From a virus: 64,000 bases of DNA. The notes beneath the pieces were generated by a model. The model saw only the letters and a program-made list of their open reading frames with translations, was not told the DNA's origin and did no database searches. Position 1 is the stretch's first letter. Each line of letters begins with the position of its first letter. Below, one piece after another: positions 8,959-18,006 of this stretch. The translations under genes and the position numbers were made by a program. The stretch covers positions 32,001-96,000 of the IMG/VR virus record IMGVR_UViG_3300042397_002774. The stretch is one strand, 5' to 3'.

Positions 8959-9681
8959 TTAGATTTTTGCTAAAATTATATAAGAGGATTTTTGTCCATC
9001 TTCACTTTCAAAATCCAATTTCATAGCACCCTCATTACTTACCCACATAGTACCTGCTGCTCCATAATTAGCATCAAATATTGATTTTAAATATTCGGCA
9101 TTGAATTGTAATGCGGTATGAATTGTGTTTTTTGATTCTAATGGCACTTCCTCAAATTCAATTTTGTTTGAATGACCTTCGGGCTCACCTAAAGTAAAAT
9201 TAATCACATTACCTGTGTCTTTAGTTGTTAAATCAATAGTACAAAATTCACTACCTAATGCTTTTTTAGCTTTAATCCACTTACCAATAAATTCATTTGT
9301 AATACTAAATGAATAATCGCTTTCAAATTCCTCAACTGTAAAGTTTACTTGTGGTGCTAACATCAAATTAGCAAGCGCATACTCTAAGTTGTATTCATTG
9401 TCGGCTACTAATAGTTTAGTGGCGATGTTGCCTTGAAATTGTATATCCGTAGTAAGGAATTGGTTACATATACCAACAAGCTTTAGAAATTTACTTGTAT
9501 CAAATATAACAAACTCACTATCGACTAATTCAACAGCGCCTGTTACTACTCCTACCATATCTTTAGTAGCAGAGAATGTTTTGATAGTAGCTACACCATC
9601 TTTAACACTCCACCTTACTTTCTCACCTACCCCATTTAGGTAGTATTTGTCTATCAACGAAACGAATGATTGTTTTTCCAT
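8959..9681 (-). CDS. Probable DNA sliding clamp (T4 gp45-like)
   Basis: 240 aa, acidic, two-domain beta/alpha pattern (IFDTSKFLKL; FNAEYLKSI...GAMKLDF...YIIL). Lies between PolB and the clamp loaders. Confidence 0.65.
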   Translation of the reverse strand: MEKQSFVSLIDKYYLNGVGEKVRWSVKDGVATIKTFSATKDMVGVVTGAVELVDSEFVIFDTSKFLKLVGICNQFLTTDIQFQGNIATKLLVADNEYNLEYALANLMLAPQVNFTVEEFESDYSFSITNEFIGKWIKAKKALGSEFCTIDLTTKDTGNVINFTLGEPEGHSNKIEFEEVPLESKNTIHTALQFNAEYLKSIFDANYGAAGTMWVSNEGAMKLDFESEDGQKSSYIILAKI

Positions 9682-9682
9682 A

Positions 9683-10021
9683 TTATTTCCAAAGTATTTG
9701 AATTGCTATAATTGTTAATCCTAATCCTATACACACTATTGTTTTTGGTGTAAATGGTTCTTTAAATAAGTAATGACTCATTATACTAAATACAACTATA
9801 CCTAAGCCAAATCCAATTAAACGGCTAGGCCATAATTGACCATTGAATGCTGCTATAAAATATTCTACTGATTTGATATAGAACCAACTTAAAGGTATGC
9901 TTATTAATAATACTAGCCAGAGGTATTTTTGGTACCATCCAAATTTCATTGCGCCTTGAAGCTGCATAAATGATCCTATTTGACCTAATAGGCCATATAT
10001 AATACCGTAAACTATTTTCAT
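9683..10021 (-). CDS. Small four-TM membrane protein (DMT/SMR-like)
   Basis: 112 aa, four hydrophobic segments, LFKEPFT..TI.C.GL DMT-like C-terminus. Confidence 0.55.
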   Translation of the reverse strand: MKIVYGIIYGLLGQIGSFMQLQGAMKFGWYQKYLWLVLLISIPLSWFYIKSVEYFIAAFNGQLWPSRLIGFGLGIVVFSIMSHYLFKEPFTPKTIVCIGLGLTIIAIQILWK

Positions 10022-10025
10022 AACG

Positions 10026-10057
10026 TGAATATACGATTAGTGTTTGGACTATCCAAA
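10026..10057 (-). promoter_or_regulatory. Bacteroidota-type promoter with palindromic -33 region
   Basis: TTTG-N20-TATATTCA, with GTTTGGA-TAG-TCCAAAC dyad. Confidence 0.6.
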
Positions 10058-12622
10058 CTTAAAGAATTTGCTTGCTTTCTCATGCATCGATGGAAAGTCC
10101 CAACCTAGATCCTCATAGATACCCACTAGTTTATTCATCAATGTTGCTTCAAATCCTTCATCTCTGTCGGCATACTGATCAATAAACTGCTCAATAAAAT
10201 CAGGGTCTTTACCTGTGAAACCAATTACATCAATTCTATATGGGTTATCCTTTAATTGGATATATTTCATTTTATCACCTTCAGTGAAACATGGATATTG
10301 CTTATCTAGTTTCTTGAATCGCAATAAATCATTGTACCATATTGCTGCTTTAGTATTGATGGGACATTTTAATTTTAATGTACTAAATATTTCACCAACA
10401 CCTGGTTTGCGATCAATATATGATGATACTTGCTTTACTCCTGTAGGTTTAGCTAACTCAGCAATAGGGATTGTTTTAACGTGTTTTTTAAAATCAATTA
10501 TTTGTTGGTCGATTTCTGCTTTAGGTTTACCAAACATAATATCTTGAATTAGTTTCTCACCAAATTTAGAATACATTGGAGTCATATTTGATTTCATCAA
10601 ATCAAGACCTTTCATATCTAATTCATCAACAGTAACACCTTCCTTATTTACAATATACATTGCATAACGACGTTTGCCTGCAAAGTAACCCCTTTCAATA
10701 ATCACTTCCTGTTTTAATTCGAAGTAATGTGGACGTTCTTTAACATTGAAATATTCTCTAGTTACTTTATCAATATTATCATTTGCTGCTTTTTGTATTT
10801 CGGTAGCAATCTCTAATACTGCTTTAATATATTCGTCCTTTGTTTTGGTTTCAGGGTAACGTTGCAATACTAAGTCCTTACACTCAATAAACAATGAATC
10901 AGTATCAGAAGTAACTACATAATCTTTATCTGTAGTACCTAATTCATTATTCATCCATTTATTTACAAACTTAATTGATTCTTGTGTTACACGCTGACCA
11001 GTTAATGTAATTGCTTTAGATATTAATTTATGGCCATCGGTATATCTCCAACCATTAATAGCATAACAACCATAAACGTCATTCAATTTAATTTTATAGG
11101 CGTGTTGGCGTCTATTATAAAATTCACCTTTAACAGCATCACCTGCTTTGTATGCTGTTTTCATTAGGTTTTTATATTCAACACGTTTATTAAACCAATC
11201 AGTTAATACATCACATACAACTGATGAGCGATCTGTTCTAAACATAGCACCTGATGCTGCAACTAATATATCTCCATCCTCAATAAATTTAATAATTTGA
11301 CCTACTGTAGCTTGAGATTGATTAGTTGTTTTATCATCTTTTAATCGCTCAATAGTAATCAATTGTTCAGGATTCATTCGCTTTAAATCACCTAATGTCC
11401 ATTGATTATCGTACTTATCATTATTAACTATTCGGCCAACATATGTTTCAATACCAATATTTAACGAGCGTATAATTGACGGATACAACGATGTAAAGTC
11501 AAGATCAATAACCCATTCATATAATCCAGGTACTGGATCTTTTAGGTATCCACCTGCATATTCTTCTTTAATGTCATATAATGAAGGACGAGTGGTAGTT
11601 GGTTTATTTGGTGAAACTATACCTTGACGTTTTAGGTATGTTAATATAGCTCCATCATTTAATGCTGTAGATAGATAAATCTGTTCATAAGGTACATGAC
11701 ACAAATGACAAATAGCAATTGTTAATTCAATAAATTTGAATTTCTTTTCTAATTCAATTAGAATCTCAACGTCACGAATATTGTACTCAATAAACTTATT
11801 TATATCCTCAGCAAATAATCTATCAAGATTACCTTCATATTCTATTTTAGATAATTTAGCATACTTTTCTCCAATATCACCTAATCTGTAAGATGGTTCT
11901 TGTTTAGCATTATATTTTTTAAATAACAACATATAATCTAAATGATTAACACCTGCTAATTCTACAGGAGAATCATTCACATATTGTCCAAATTTAACTT
12001 TCTTAAGTGGAGATAAACGATTTGCTTCATTAGTACCTAATTGATTTTCTATTCTGTAGTATAAGAATGGAACGTCAAAATATTCACTATTCCAACCAGT
12101 AATGATAGTTGGGTCTAATTGCTCCCATAAATTAAGGAATGCATGTAATAAATCATGCTCGTGAGAGAATGGAATAACAGCTCTATTTTCTTCATTAATA
12201 GTTTGGAGTTGCTTCTTCTCATCTAAGATTAAACAGTAATACTTTTTAGTAGTATTATCATAAACAGCAATAGAGGTAATTTTAGTTGGAGCACGTTTAA
12301 TAAGATCAGGTGTTAATGCACCTGCGATCTCACACTCAATATCAAAATAAACTATGTTTTGCCATTCAGGAGCATCATCACTATCTCTGTATTTATCAAT
12401 TAATACTGCTGTGTTAGCATCTAAATCAGATTCATATAATGAATTATCTTTCCAATCATACTTAGTAATTGGATTAGCTCGTTTACCATCTAAAGTAGGA
12501 AATTGACCATTTGGGTCAATAATAAAACGGGGGCGAGTGTATTTAAATTCACTCCACCCCTTTTTATCATCACGTAAGTGAAATGTGTAGGTTGACCTAT
12601 CGTAATAAATTGCTTGATACAT
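10049..12622 (-). CDS. Family B DNA polymerase (T4 gp43-like) with 3'-5' exonuclease
   Basis: ExoI DIE, ExoII GWNSEYFD, ExoIII YNIRD; DFTSLYPS, KIKLNDVYG, SDTDS. Confidence 0.96.
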   Translation of the reverse strand: MYQAIYYDRSTYTFHLRDDKKGWSEFKYTRPRFIIDPNGQFPTLDGKRANPITKYDWKDNSLYESDLDANTAVLIDKYRDSDDAPEWQNIVYFDIECEIAGALTPDLIKRAPTKITSIAVYDNTTKKYYCLILDEKKQLQTINEENRAVIPFSHEHDLLHAFLNLWEQLDPTIITGWNSEYFDVPFLYYRIENQLGTNEANRLSPLKKVKFGQYVNDSPVELAGVNHLDYMLLFKKYNAKQEPSYRLGDIGEKYAKLSKIEYEGNLDRLFAEDINKFIEYNIRDVEILIELEKKFKFIELTIAICHLCHVPYEQIYLSTALNDGAILTYLKRQGIVSPNKPTTTRPSLYDIKEEYAGGYLKDPVPGLYEWVIDLDFTSLYPSIIRSLNIGIETYVGRIVNNDKYDNQWTLGDLKRMNPEQLITIERLKDDKTTNQSQATVGQIIKFIEDGDILVAASGAMFRTDRSSVVCDVLTDWFNKRVEYKNLMKTAYKAGDAVKGEFYNRRQHAYKIKLNDVYGCYAINGWRYTDGHKLISKAITLTGQRVTQESIKFVNKWMNNELGTTDKDYVVTSDTDSLFIECKDLVLQRYPETKTKDEYIKAVLEIATEIQKAANDNIDKVTREYFNVKERPHYFELKQEVIIERGYFAGKRRYAMYIVNKEGVTVDELDMKGLDLMKSNMTPMYSKFGEKLIQDIMFGKPKAEIDQQIIDFKKHVKTIPIAELAKPTGVKQVSSYIDRKPGVGEIFSTLKLKCPINTKAAIWYNDLLRFKKLDKQYPCFTEGDKMKYIQLKDNPYRIDVIGFTGKDPDFIEQFIDQYADRDEGFEATLMNKLVGIYEDLGWDFPSMHEKASKFFKFG

Positions 12623-12626
12623 AACT

Positions 12627-12658
12627 TAAATGTAAGATGGGGGTTTTGACACCCCCAA
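12627..12658 (-). promoter_or_regulatory. Probable promoter for polB, overlapping a GGGGGT/ACCCCC hairpin
   Basis: TTG-N21-TACATTTA. Stem-loop at about 12639-12656. Confidence 0.45.
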
Positions 12659-12662
12659 TTAC

Positions 12663-13190
12663 TTATAATGAATTTCTTTGCTTATCGCCTTGCCACTGCC
12701 CATTATATTCTTCAGCAGCATCACATTCATGGAAATAAATTTGTGCTACACGAGCATCTTTTTCAATGAATATGGTTTCATGAACATATAACAATGTACC
12801 CATATTTTCAGTTTCAAATCCTGGATCAAATACAGGGCTATTAATAATTGCTCCGTTACGATATAATGATGATCGTTGTTTGATAAATGCTACTCTATTG
12901 TTAGGGATTTTACAACCTTCATTAAATGTAATGTCGTATACACCCTCATATAACAACCAACCTTCAGCACCATCTAATTTGATAGATTCAAATGGAGTAT
13001 ATGTGGTTAATTCAGTTTTGTCTTTTAGTACTTTACCAATTTTACCATCCGCTATAAAATTACCACCAATTTTATTACCAACTTTCTGTACTGCTTTAAG
13101 TGATAAGTCATAACCTACTTGAGCAGGTTTACCTTTAGTGTTTTCTAACTTAAGTAATCCTTGTTCAAGGATTTGTTCTGCGTTTAACAT
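12663..13190 (-). CDS. dCTP deaminase/dUTPase family protein
   Basis: GYDLSL, RSSLYRNG, SPVFDPGF, RVAQIYF, YNGQWQ. Confidence 0.85.
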   Translation of the reverse strand: MLNAEQILEQGLLKLENTKGKPAQVGYDLSLKAVQKVGNKIGGNFIADGKIGKVLKDKTELTTYTPFESIKLDGAEGWLLYEGVYDITFNEGCKIPNNRVAFIKQRSSLYRNGAIINSPVFDPGFETENMGTLLYVHETIFIEKDARVAQIYFHECDAAEEYNGQWQGDKQRNSL

Positions 13191-13200
13191 AATTTATATT

Positions 13201-13362
13201 TTATAATTCTTCAATAATACCTAACATTTCAGCAAATGCAAAAGCAAAAGCTGCTTGTTGGATAAAACTGTATCCTAAAAGGACACAAGCTCCTAATCTA
13301 ATAACACTTTTAATCATACTAAGAATAAAGTGTGTGTTTGTTTTACTTTCCTTTGGCTGCAT
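13201..13362 (-). CDS. Small membrane protein
   Basis: HFILSMIKSVIRL...AEMLGIIEEL. Start placed at MQPK. Confidence 0.55.
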   Translation of the reverse strand: MQPKESKTNTHFILSMIKSVIRLGACVLLGYSFIQQAAFAFAFAEMLGIIEEL

Positions 13363-13756
13363 AATCTTGAATTGGTTTTGAATCTGCTCTTTCCCATGGA
13401 TATACAATCCAATCATCTCCCACTACTTCATAAAAAAATGTTGGTTGAACAGATGCTGTTAGTTTAGTATGAATTGTTGTAAATGGAATGCCATATTTCC
13501 AATAATTGTACATTGTTGTTCCTGAATCACAAATATCATCTACTACCAATGTTGTACTACTTATCACCATTCCTGGTGTAAATAAAGGAATATTTAATTT
13601 ATGAGATAGCATTACTGTAGGGATTAATCCTCCCCTAGGCATACCATAAACATGTTTAATCTGATGATCACTGGATAATATTTGAGCTGCTATATTTTCT
13701 ATAGCAGCATCAATATATTCCCAGGTAATAAATCTTTTATTAGAATTTTGCTCCAT
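13343..13756 (-). CDS. Purine phosphoribosyltransferase (Gpt/HPRT-like, type I PRTase)
   Basis: GMPRGG, PRPP-binding LVVDDICDSGTT, WIVYPWE. Confidence 0.88.
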   Translation of the reverse strand: MEQNSNKRFITWEYIDAAIENIAAQILSSDHQIKHVYGMPRGGLIPTVMLSHKLNIPLFTPGMVISSTTLVVDDICDSGTTMYNYWKYGIPFTTIHTKLTASVQPTFFYEVVGDDWIVYPWERADSKPIQDYAAKGK

Positions 13757-14372
13757 TTACTTCAATTGCGTGTAAGAATTCTTCTCTAATTAAATTATCT
13801 TTTTCCATAAACACACCACTAAATTTGTTTGTAGTCATCACAGAACCATGTTTAATACCTCTATGTGAGCAACAAGTGTGTTTACAAGCAATACTAACTG
13901 CTACTGACCCACATTCCATCTTATCAGCAACATAATCATGGATTTGTGTTGTTAATGACTCTTGCATTTGTGGTCTACGTCCAAACCATTCAACAATACG
14001 ATTTAATTTACTTAAACCAATAACGTTTTCTGCTGGTACATAAGCTACTGTAGCATAACCTGTAAATGCTAAATTGTGGTGAGCACACATACTAACAATA
14101 GGAATACCTGATTGAATTACCAACCCATCATATCCTTCATCGTTAGGGAATACTGTAATGTTAGGTTCATCAGTAACAGAACCTACAATTAAATCCTTCA
14201 ACCATGCTTTAGCAACACGACGAGGTGTATCTACTGTTTGACGATCTGCTTTATAATCAAATCCAACTGCTGTGAGGAATTGGGCATATGCTTCAGAAGC
14301 ATTTTCGATCATTTGCTCAATTTCTTCTGGTGTGCGAGCTAGATTACCATTTGATTTTTCTAATAATTTCAT
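13740..14372 (-). CDS. folE: GTP cyclohydrolase I
   Basis: DTPRRVAK, SMCAHH, GLSKLNR, RPQMQE, HTCCSHRG. Confidence 0.95.
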   Translation of the reverse strand: MKLLEKSNGNLARTPEEIEQMIENASEAYAQFLTAVGFDYKADRQTVDTPRRVAKAWLKDLIVGSVTDEPNITVFPNDEGYDGLVIQSGIPIVSMCAHHNLAFTGYATVAYVPAENVIGLSKLNRIVEWFGRRPQMQESLTTQIHDYVADKMECGSVAVSIACKHTCCSHRGIKHGSVMTTNKFSGVFMEKDNLIREEFLHAIEVNGAKF

Positions 14373-14397
14373 ATTTTTATTTTTATTTTGAATATAA

Positions 14398-14634
14398 TTA
14401 AAGAGATTTGACATCCCAATATAATTGTCTTACTTTTGCTCCTAACTCATTATTATTTGGAGTACCATTAATAATATATTCTGGTACTAATATGGATCTA
14501 TGAACACTGCCTCTATCATAACAACTAGGACATAATTGTCCAAACCCTTCAATATAACCCATTCTCATATCAATATGAGTATCTTTATCGTAAGCGGTCT
14601 CTACCTTACAAATCATGCAATGATCTTTTTCCAT
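14398..14634 (-). CDS. Hypothetical Zn-binding protein
   Basis: CIMC...GYIEGFGQLCPSC. Confidence 0.6.
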   Translation of the reverse strand: MEKDHCMICKVETAYDKDTHIDMRMGYIEGFGQLCPSCYDRGSVHRSILVPEYIINGTPNNNELGAKVRQLYWDVKSL

Positions 14635-14635
14635 A

Positions 14636-14731
14636 TTATTTTAGTTTATTAATTTGTCTAATCATATTTACAGCACCGAATGCTGATAGTATAGCTATAA
14701 TGACATAACCCCAAATAATTAACTCTTCCAT
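14636..14731 (-). CDS. Small single-TM protein (31 aa, absent from the ORF track)
   Basis: MEELIIWGYVIIAILSAFGAVNMIRQINKLK fills the gap with 1-nt spacing on both sides. Confidence 0.6.
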   Translation of the reverse strand: MEELIIWGYVIIAILSAFGAVNMIRQINKLK

Positions 14732-14732
14732 A

Positions 14733-15563
14733 TTATACATTTAGTGTTTTATTCCAAGCAGCAATATGCAATCTTGTTAAACCACGGAAACGATATTTTT
14801 TAGCCATTTCAAGACAGAATTGAGTACGTTCTTCAAATTCAGCAGCATCATCTAAACCAGGCATACAAACAACGTTTTTAAGTGGAATATTAAATGGTAC
14901 TACAAAGTCACGGAATAATTCTTGCACATCTTCTTCTGTGCTGATAACGAATTTAAATTGATAGTTCTTATGTTCCATAATACGCTTAATAGCAGCAGGA
15001 ACAATACGTTGCTTTTCAGTCATACCTGAATTAGCTAATTTAGGAGAGCAGTTAATTTGATCTAGTTGATTGAATAATTCGTCTCCAATATAGATTGTAC
15101 CATTTGTTTCAATCTCACTATATGGAGTAACTGAAGTATCTAATTTATACCAGTAATATAGAAAATTACAAATAGCTTCTTGATGCCCCTTAATTGTAGG
15201 TTCACCTCCAGTCCAAATAATATGAATATTACCATCTTTGATATCATCATAAATGTCCTGTTCTTTCCATCGATCGATTAGATATTGGAAATCTTTATCT
15301 TCACCTCTCCATAACCACTGGCTTGTAGAATCACAAGTCCAGGTTGCTTTACCTTCAGCATGAAGGTCACCAACGAATATTTCTCCATCTTCTAATGTTT
15401 GTTCTTTCATTAACTTGTTGGTAAACATTCTACTCATACCACAGGTAAGATTACAAACACCAAAACGTACGAAGTACGAAGGAACACCAGATGAAATACC
15501 TTCACCCTGCACACTGTAAAAATCACTACTGATTAGTAGTTTATTTGGATCAATTTTGCTCAT
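14733..15563 (-). CDS. queE: 7-carboxy-7-deazaguanine synthase (radical SAM)
   Basis: FYSVQGEG, FVRFGVCNLTC...CDS, WTGGEP, IETNG, CSPK, FKFV, RLH. Confidence 0.92.
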   Translation of the reverse strand: MSKIDPNKLLISSDFYSVQGEGISSGVPSYFVRFGVCNLTCGMSRMFTNKLMKEQTLEDGEIFVGDLHAEGKATWTCDSTSQWLWRGEDKDFQYLIDRWKEQDIYDDIKDGNIHIIWTGGEPTIKGHQEAICNFLYYWYKLDTSVTPYSEIETNGTIYIGDELFNQLDQINCSPKLANSGMTEKQRIVPAAIKRIMEHKNYQFKFVISTEEDVQELFRDFVVPFNIPLKNVVCMPGLDDAAEFEERTQFCLEMAKKYRFRGLTRLHIAAWNKTLNV

Positions 15564-15682
15564 TTAAATATTGTTTTTATATAATTGAATATAGGACTAA
15601 AATTATGCCATTCCAAAATAATGAACATAATGCTTGGATGTTTATCTCCGCAAAATCCTAATACGTGGATTATTTCATGCAT
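15560..15682 (-). CDS. Small hypothetical protein (40 aa, absent from the ORF track)
   Basis: MHEIIHVLGFCGDKHPSIMFIILEWHNFSPIFNYIKTIFK. Its stop overlaps the queE start (ATGA). Confidence 0.5.
   Translation of the reverse strand: MHEIIHVLGFCGDKHPSIMFIILEWHNFSPIFNYIKTIFK
15586..15617 (-). promoter_or_regulatory. Bacteroidota-type promoter upstream of queE
   Basis: TTTG-N20-TATATTCA. Confidence 0.55.
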
Positions 15683-15684
15683 GT

Positions 15685-16530
15685 TTAAAGTGAATTTATA
15701 TATTCTTGTAATCTATCTTTTGGTTCCCATACTAGCTTTTCTAATGCGGAATCGTTTTCACGTAAAGTTTCTCTGTAGTTTCCTTTTTGATCTGACATGT
15801 ATACTTTTACACAGTTAAATCTTTTAATAAACATATCTGCTACTTCGTTTATAGAATAGTTTTTACCTGTTCCCAATTCCCAAGCATCATTTTGTTTATG
15901 GTATGTTAAACCTATTTTATAAAGACCTTCTACTATATCATCTACATGAGTAAAATCTCTTTTCTGCTTACCATCACCAACAATTGTAATTGGATGATTT
16001 TTCTTAATCTGTCCTCTCCATCTACCTATAACTGCTGCCCAATCTCCTTCAGTAATTTCTTTAGGACCATAAACATTATAAAATCTAACTATTTCAACAT
16101 TTAATTCATAAACCTCTTTATACATTTTACAAATTTCTTCTCCGATGTATTTGTAACATGCATATGGGGATCTATGTGGGTTGTGCCATCGAGAAGATGA
16201 ACCAGCATATATTAATTTAGCACCTATCTGTTTTGCAAAATCACAAACAGCCTGAGTGCCCATTGTATTTACTCTAAAAGTTTCTGATGGATTCTCAAAT
16301 GAGGGTTGTATTCTACTAAGTGCTGCTAAATGGTAGATTATTTTAAAATCTTTATCCATTAATGATATTTGTTCAATATCACCTGAATGGTAATTACAAC
16401 CATTAATTTCGTTCTCTTTTGAGCCGCTATCGTAGTTATCTAAAGATACTACTGTGTGTCCTTCTTTAAGCAATCTTGCTATAAGATTTGAACCAATAAA
16501 TCCTGCTCCTCCAGTTACTAATATTTTCAT
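15685..16530 (-). CDS. NAD-dependent nucleotide-sugar epimerase/dehydratase (extended SDR)
   Basis: VTGGAGFIG, HLAA, YACYK (YxxxK), RFYNVYGP, RDFTHVDD. Confidence 0.92.
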   Translation of the reverse strand: MKILVTGGAGFIGSNLIARLLKEGHTVVSLDNYDSGSKENEINGCNYHSGDIEQISLMDKDFKIIYHLAALSRIQPSFENPSETFRVNTMGTQAVCDFAKQIGAKLIYAGSSSRWHNPHRSPYACYKYIGEEICKMYKEVYELNVEIVRFYNVYGPKEITEGDWAAVIGRWRGQIKKNHPITIVGDGKQKRDFTHVDDIVEGLYKIGLTYHKQNDAWELGTGKNYSINEVADMFIKRFNCVKVYMSDQKGNYRETLRENDSALEKLVWEPKDRLQEYINSL

Positions 16531-16541
16531 AGTTTTAAAAT

Positions 16542-16579
16542 AAAAAACATCTCCCCCATCCATAGACGAGGGAGATGTT
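16542..16579 (-). terminator. Rho-independent terminator
   Basis: AACATCTCCC...GGGAGATGTT stem followed by a T-run on the minus strand. Confidence 0.7.
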
Positions 16580-16590
16580 GGGGTGGTGAA

Positions 16591-16827
16591 TTAAGCAGTT
16601 GCTAATTCTGTGTTTTTAACACGACGACGAGTTAAATTATACATTGCATTTGCAATTGGATTATTTACTCTACGTCTGAAGGCTGTAATGTTAGATAAAT
16701 GACTAACAGAATAACCTGTTTCTTCAGATAATCTTGTCAAATCACCAATACGTTGACGGTGAGTGAAGAATGACAATTTTGCTGTGCGGTTTAAGTAGTT
16801 CGCACGTACTTTAGTTTGATAACTCAT
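16591..16827 (-). CDS. Small basic HTH-like DNA-binding protein
   Basis: Arg-rich. LTRLSEETGYSVSHLSNI helix-turn-helix pattern. Confidence 0.55.
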   Translation of the reverse strand: MSYQTKVRANYLNRTAKLSFFTHRQRIGDLTRLSEETGYSVSHLSNITAFRRRVNNPIANAMYNLTRRRVKNTELATA

Positions 16828-16847
16828 AACTATATTTGATTTATTGT

Positions 16848-17735
16848 TTACGAATTGTGTTCAGCTAATACTTTTTCTACATGAGCCTTAGCTACTTCCC
16901 ATGTTACAGGACCTGTTTCGTCAGCATATGCTACAGGATCAGGACGTCCTAATCTAATGAATGCTTCAATACGCTCTACTGATGCTGCTGATTTATAATC
17001 AGAATACCATTCACCATATTCATCTCCTTGACAGTAGTAAATTGGTTTATAAGATGTATTAGTACGTCTATACACTTCATCAAAATCGAGATTCAAGATA
17101 CCACAAGATCTTTGCCCATCCTCTAAAATGTCAAATTTATTTAACTCAAGATATGGAGTATAATGGTATACTAATTCAGAATCCCAGTTACCAATTTTAA
17201 ACGCTTCAAAATCAACATCGCGGAACTCTTGTCTACAATCAGGATAAATTGCATGATCACCAGCATGAATCCCCATTGCGATTGCTACTGAATCTCCTAT
17301 AGCACAATCATCACCAATATTTTTAGTTGCAACTGATAATGCTACAGCTTGAATCAATGAAGCAAATATTTTATTACGATTAGGTACAACTGTTTCTTTC
17401 ATGTTGTCCTGCTCATAGTGCCCTTCTGGTACATCGGAACCACCAGTTACTAAAGCTGAGTTTAATAATTGCGATAAACCATCTAATTTAATAATTTGAA
17501 AGTTTACTTTTGGATAGAATTCTTCAAACCCGTTTGGAGCGTGATCATGATGAAATACTCTTAATGGATTAGAGTTAATGTACTCTACTAATGATGTAGC
17601 ACGCTCTAATTCTACTTTGTGTTTTTGACCATAATCAAAACCTAATGCTGTTACTTCATAGCCGCTAGCTAATAGGTGTAACAATAATGAACTACTGTCC
17701 ATACCACCTGATAATGATAAAACTGCTTTTTTCAT
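16848..17735 (-). CDS. queC: 7-cyano-7-deazaguanine synthase (variant lacking the Zn cysteines)
   Basis: SGGMDS PP-loop, FDYGQKH, VVPNRN, HAGDHAIYPDCR. Confidence 0.92.
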   Translation of the reverse strand: MKKAVLSLSGGMDSSSLLLHLLASGYEVTALGFDYGQKHKVELERATSLVEYINSNPLRVFHHDHAPNGFEEFYPKVNFQIIKLDGLSQLLNSALVTGGSDVPEGHYEQDNMKETVVPNRNKIFASLIQAVALSVATKNIGDDCAIGDSVAIAMGIHAGDHAIYPDCRQEFRDVDFEAFKIGNWDSELVYHYTPYLELNKFDILEDGQRSCGILNLDFDEVYRRTNTSYKPIYYCQGDEYGEWYSDYKSAASVERIEAFIRLGRPDPVAYADETGPVTWEVAKAHVEKVLAEHNS

Positions 17736-17787
17736 TCTAAATGAATTTATTTGGGATCGTATTTATTTATTAAACGCTTACTCCCGT

Positions 17788-18000
17788 TTAAGCGTTGTTG
17801 AATAATGCTTTAATCTTGAAAAACTGATCTAAAAACGGTTTTTCATAGGTAATAATAATGCCATTCTTAAATGGAGAATGAGCAACAATCTTAGTACCAC
17901 GTCTCGCGTTTACAATCTTAGAGAAGTCATGTACTTGTTTGCCCAAAGCAGAACCTGCTGGTTTGCCTAAATAATCATAAAGTGAAATCATTGTTATCAT
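17788..18000 (-). CDS. Hypothetical protein
   Basis: 70 aa ORF in operon (SLYDYLGKPAG). Confidence 0.55.
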   Translation of the reverse strand: MITMISLYDYLGKPAGSALGKQVHDFSKIVNARRGTKIVAHSPFKNGIIITYEKPFLDQFFKIKALFNNA

Positions 18001-18006
18001 AACTTT

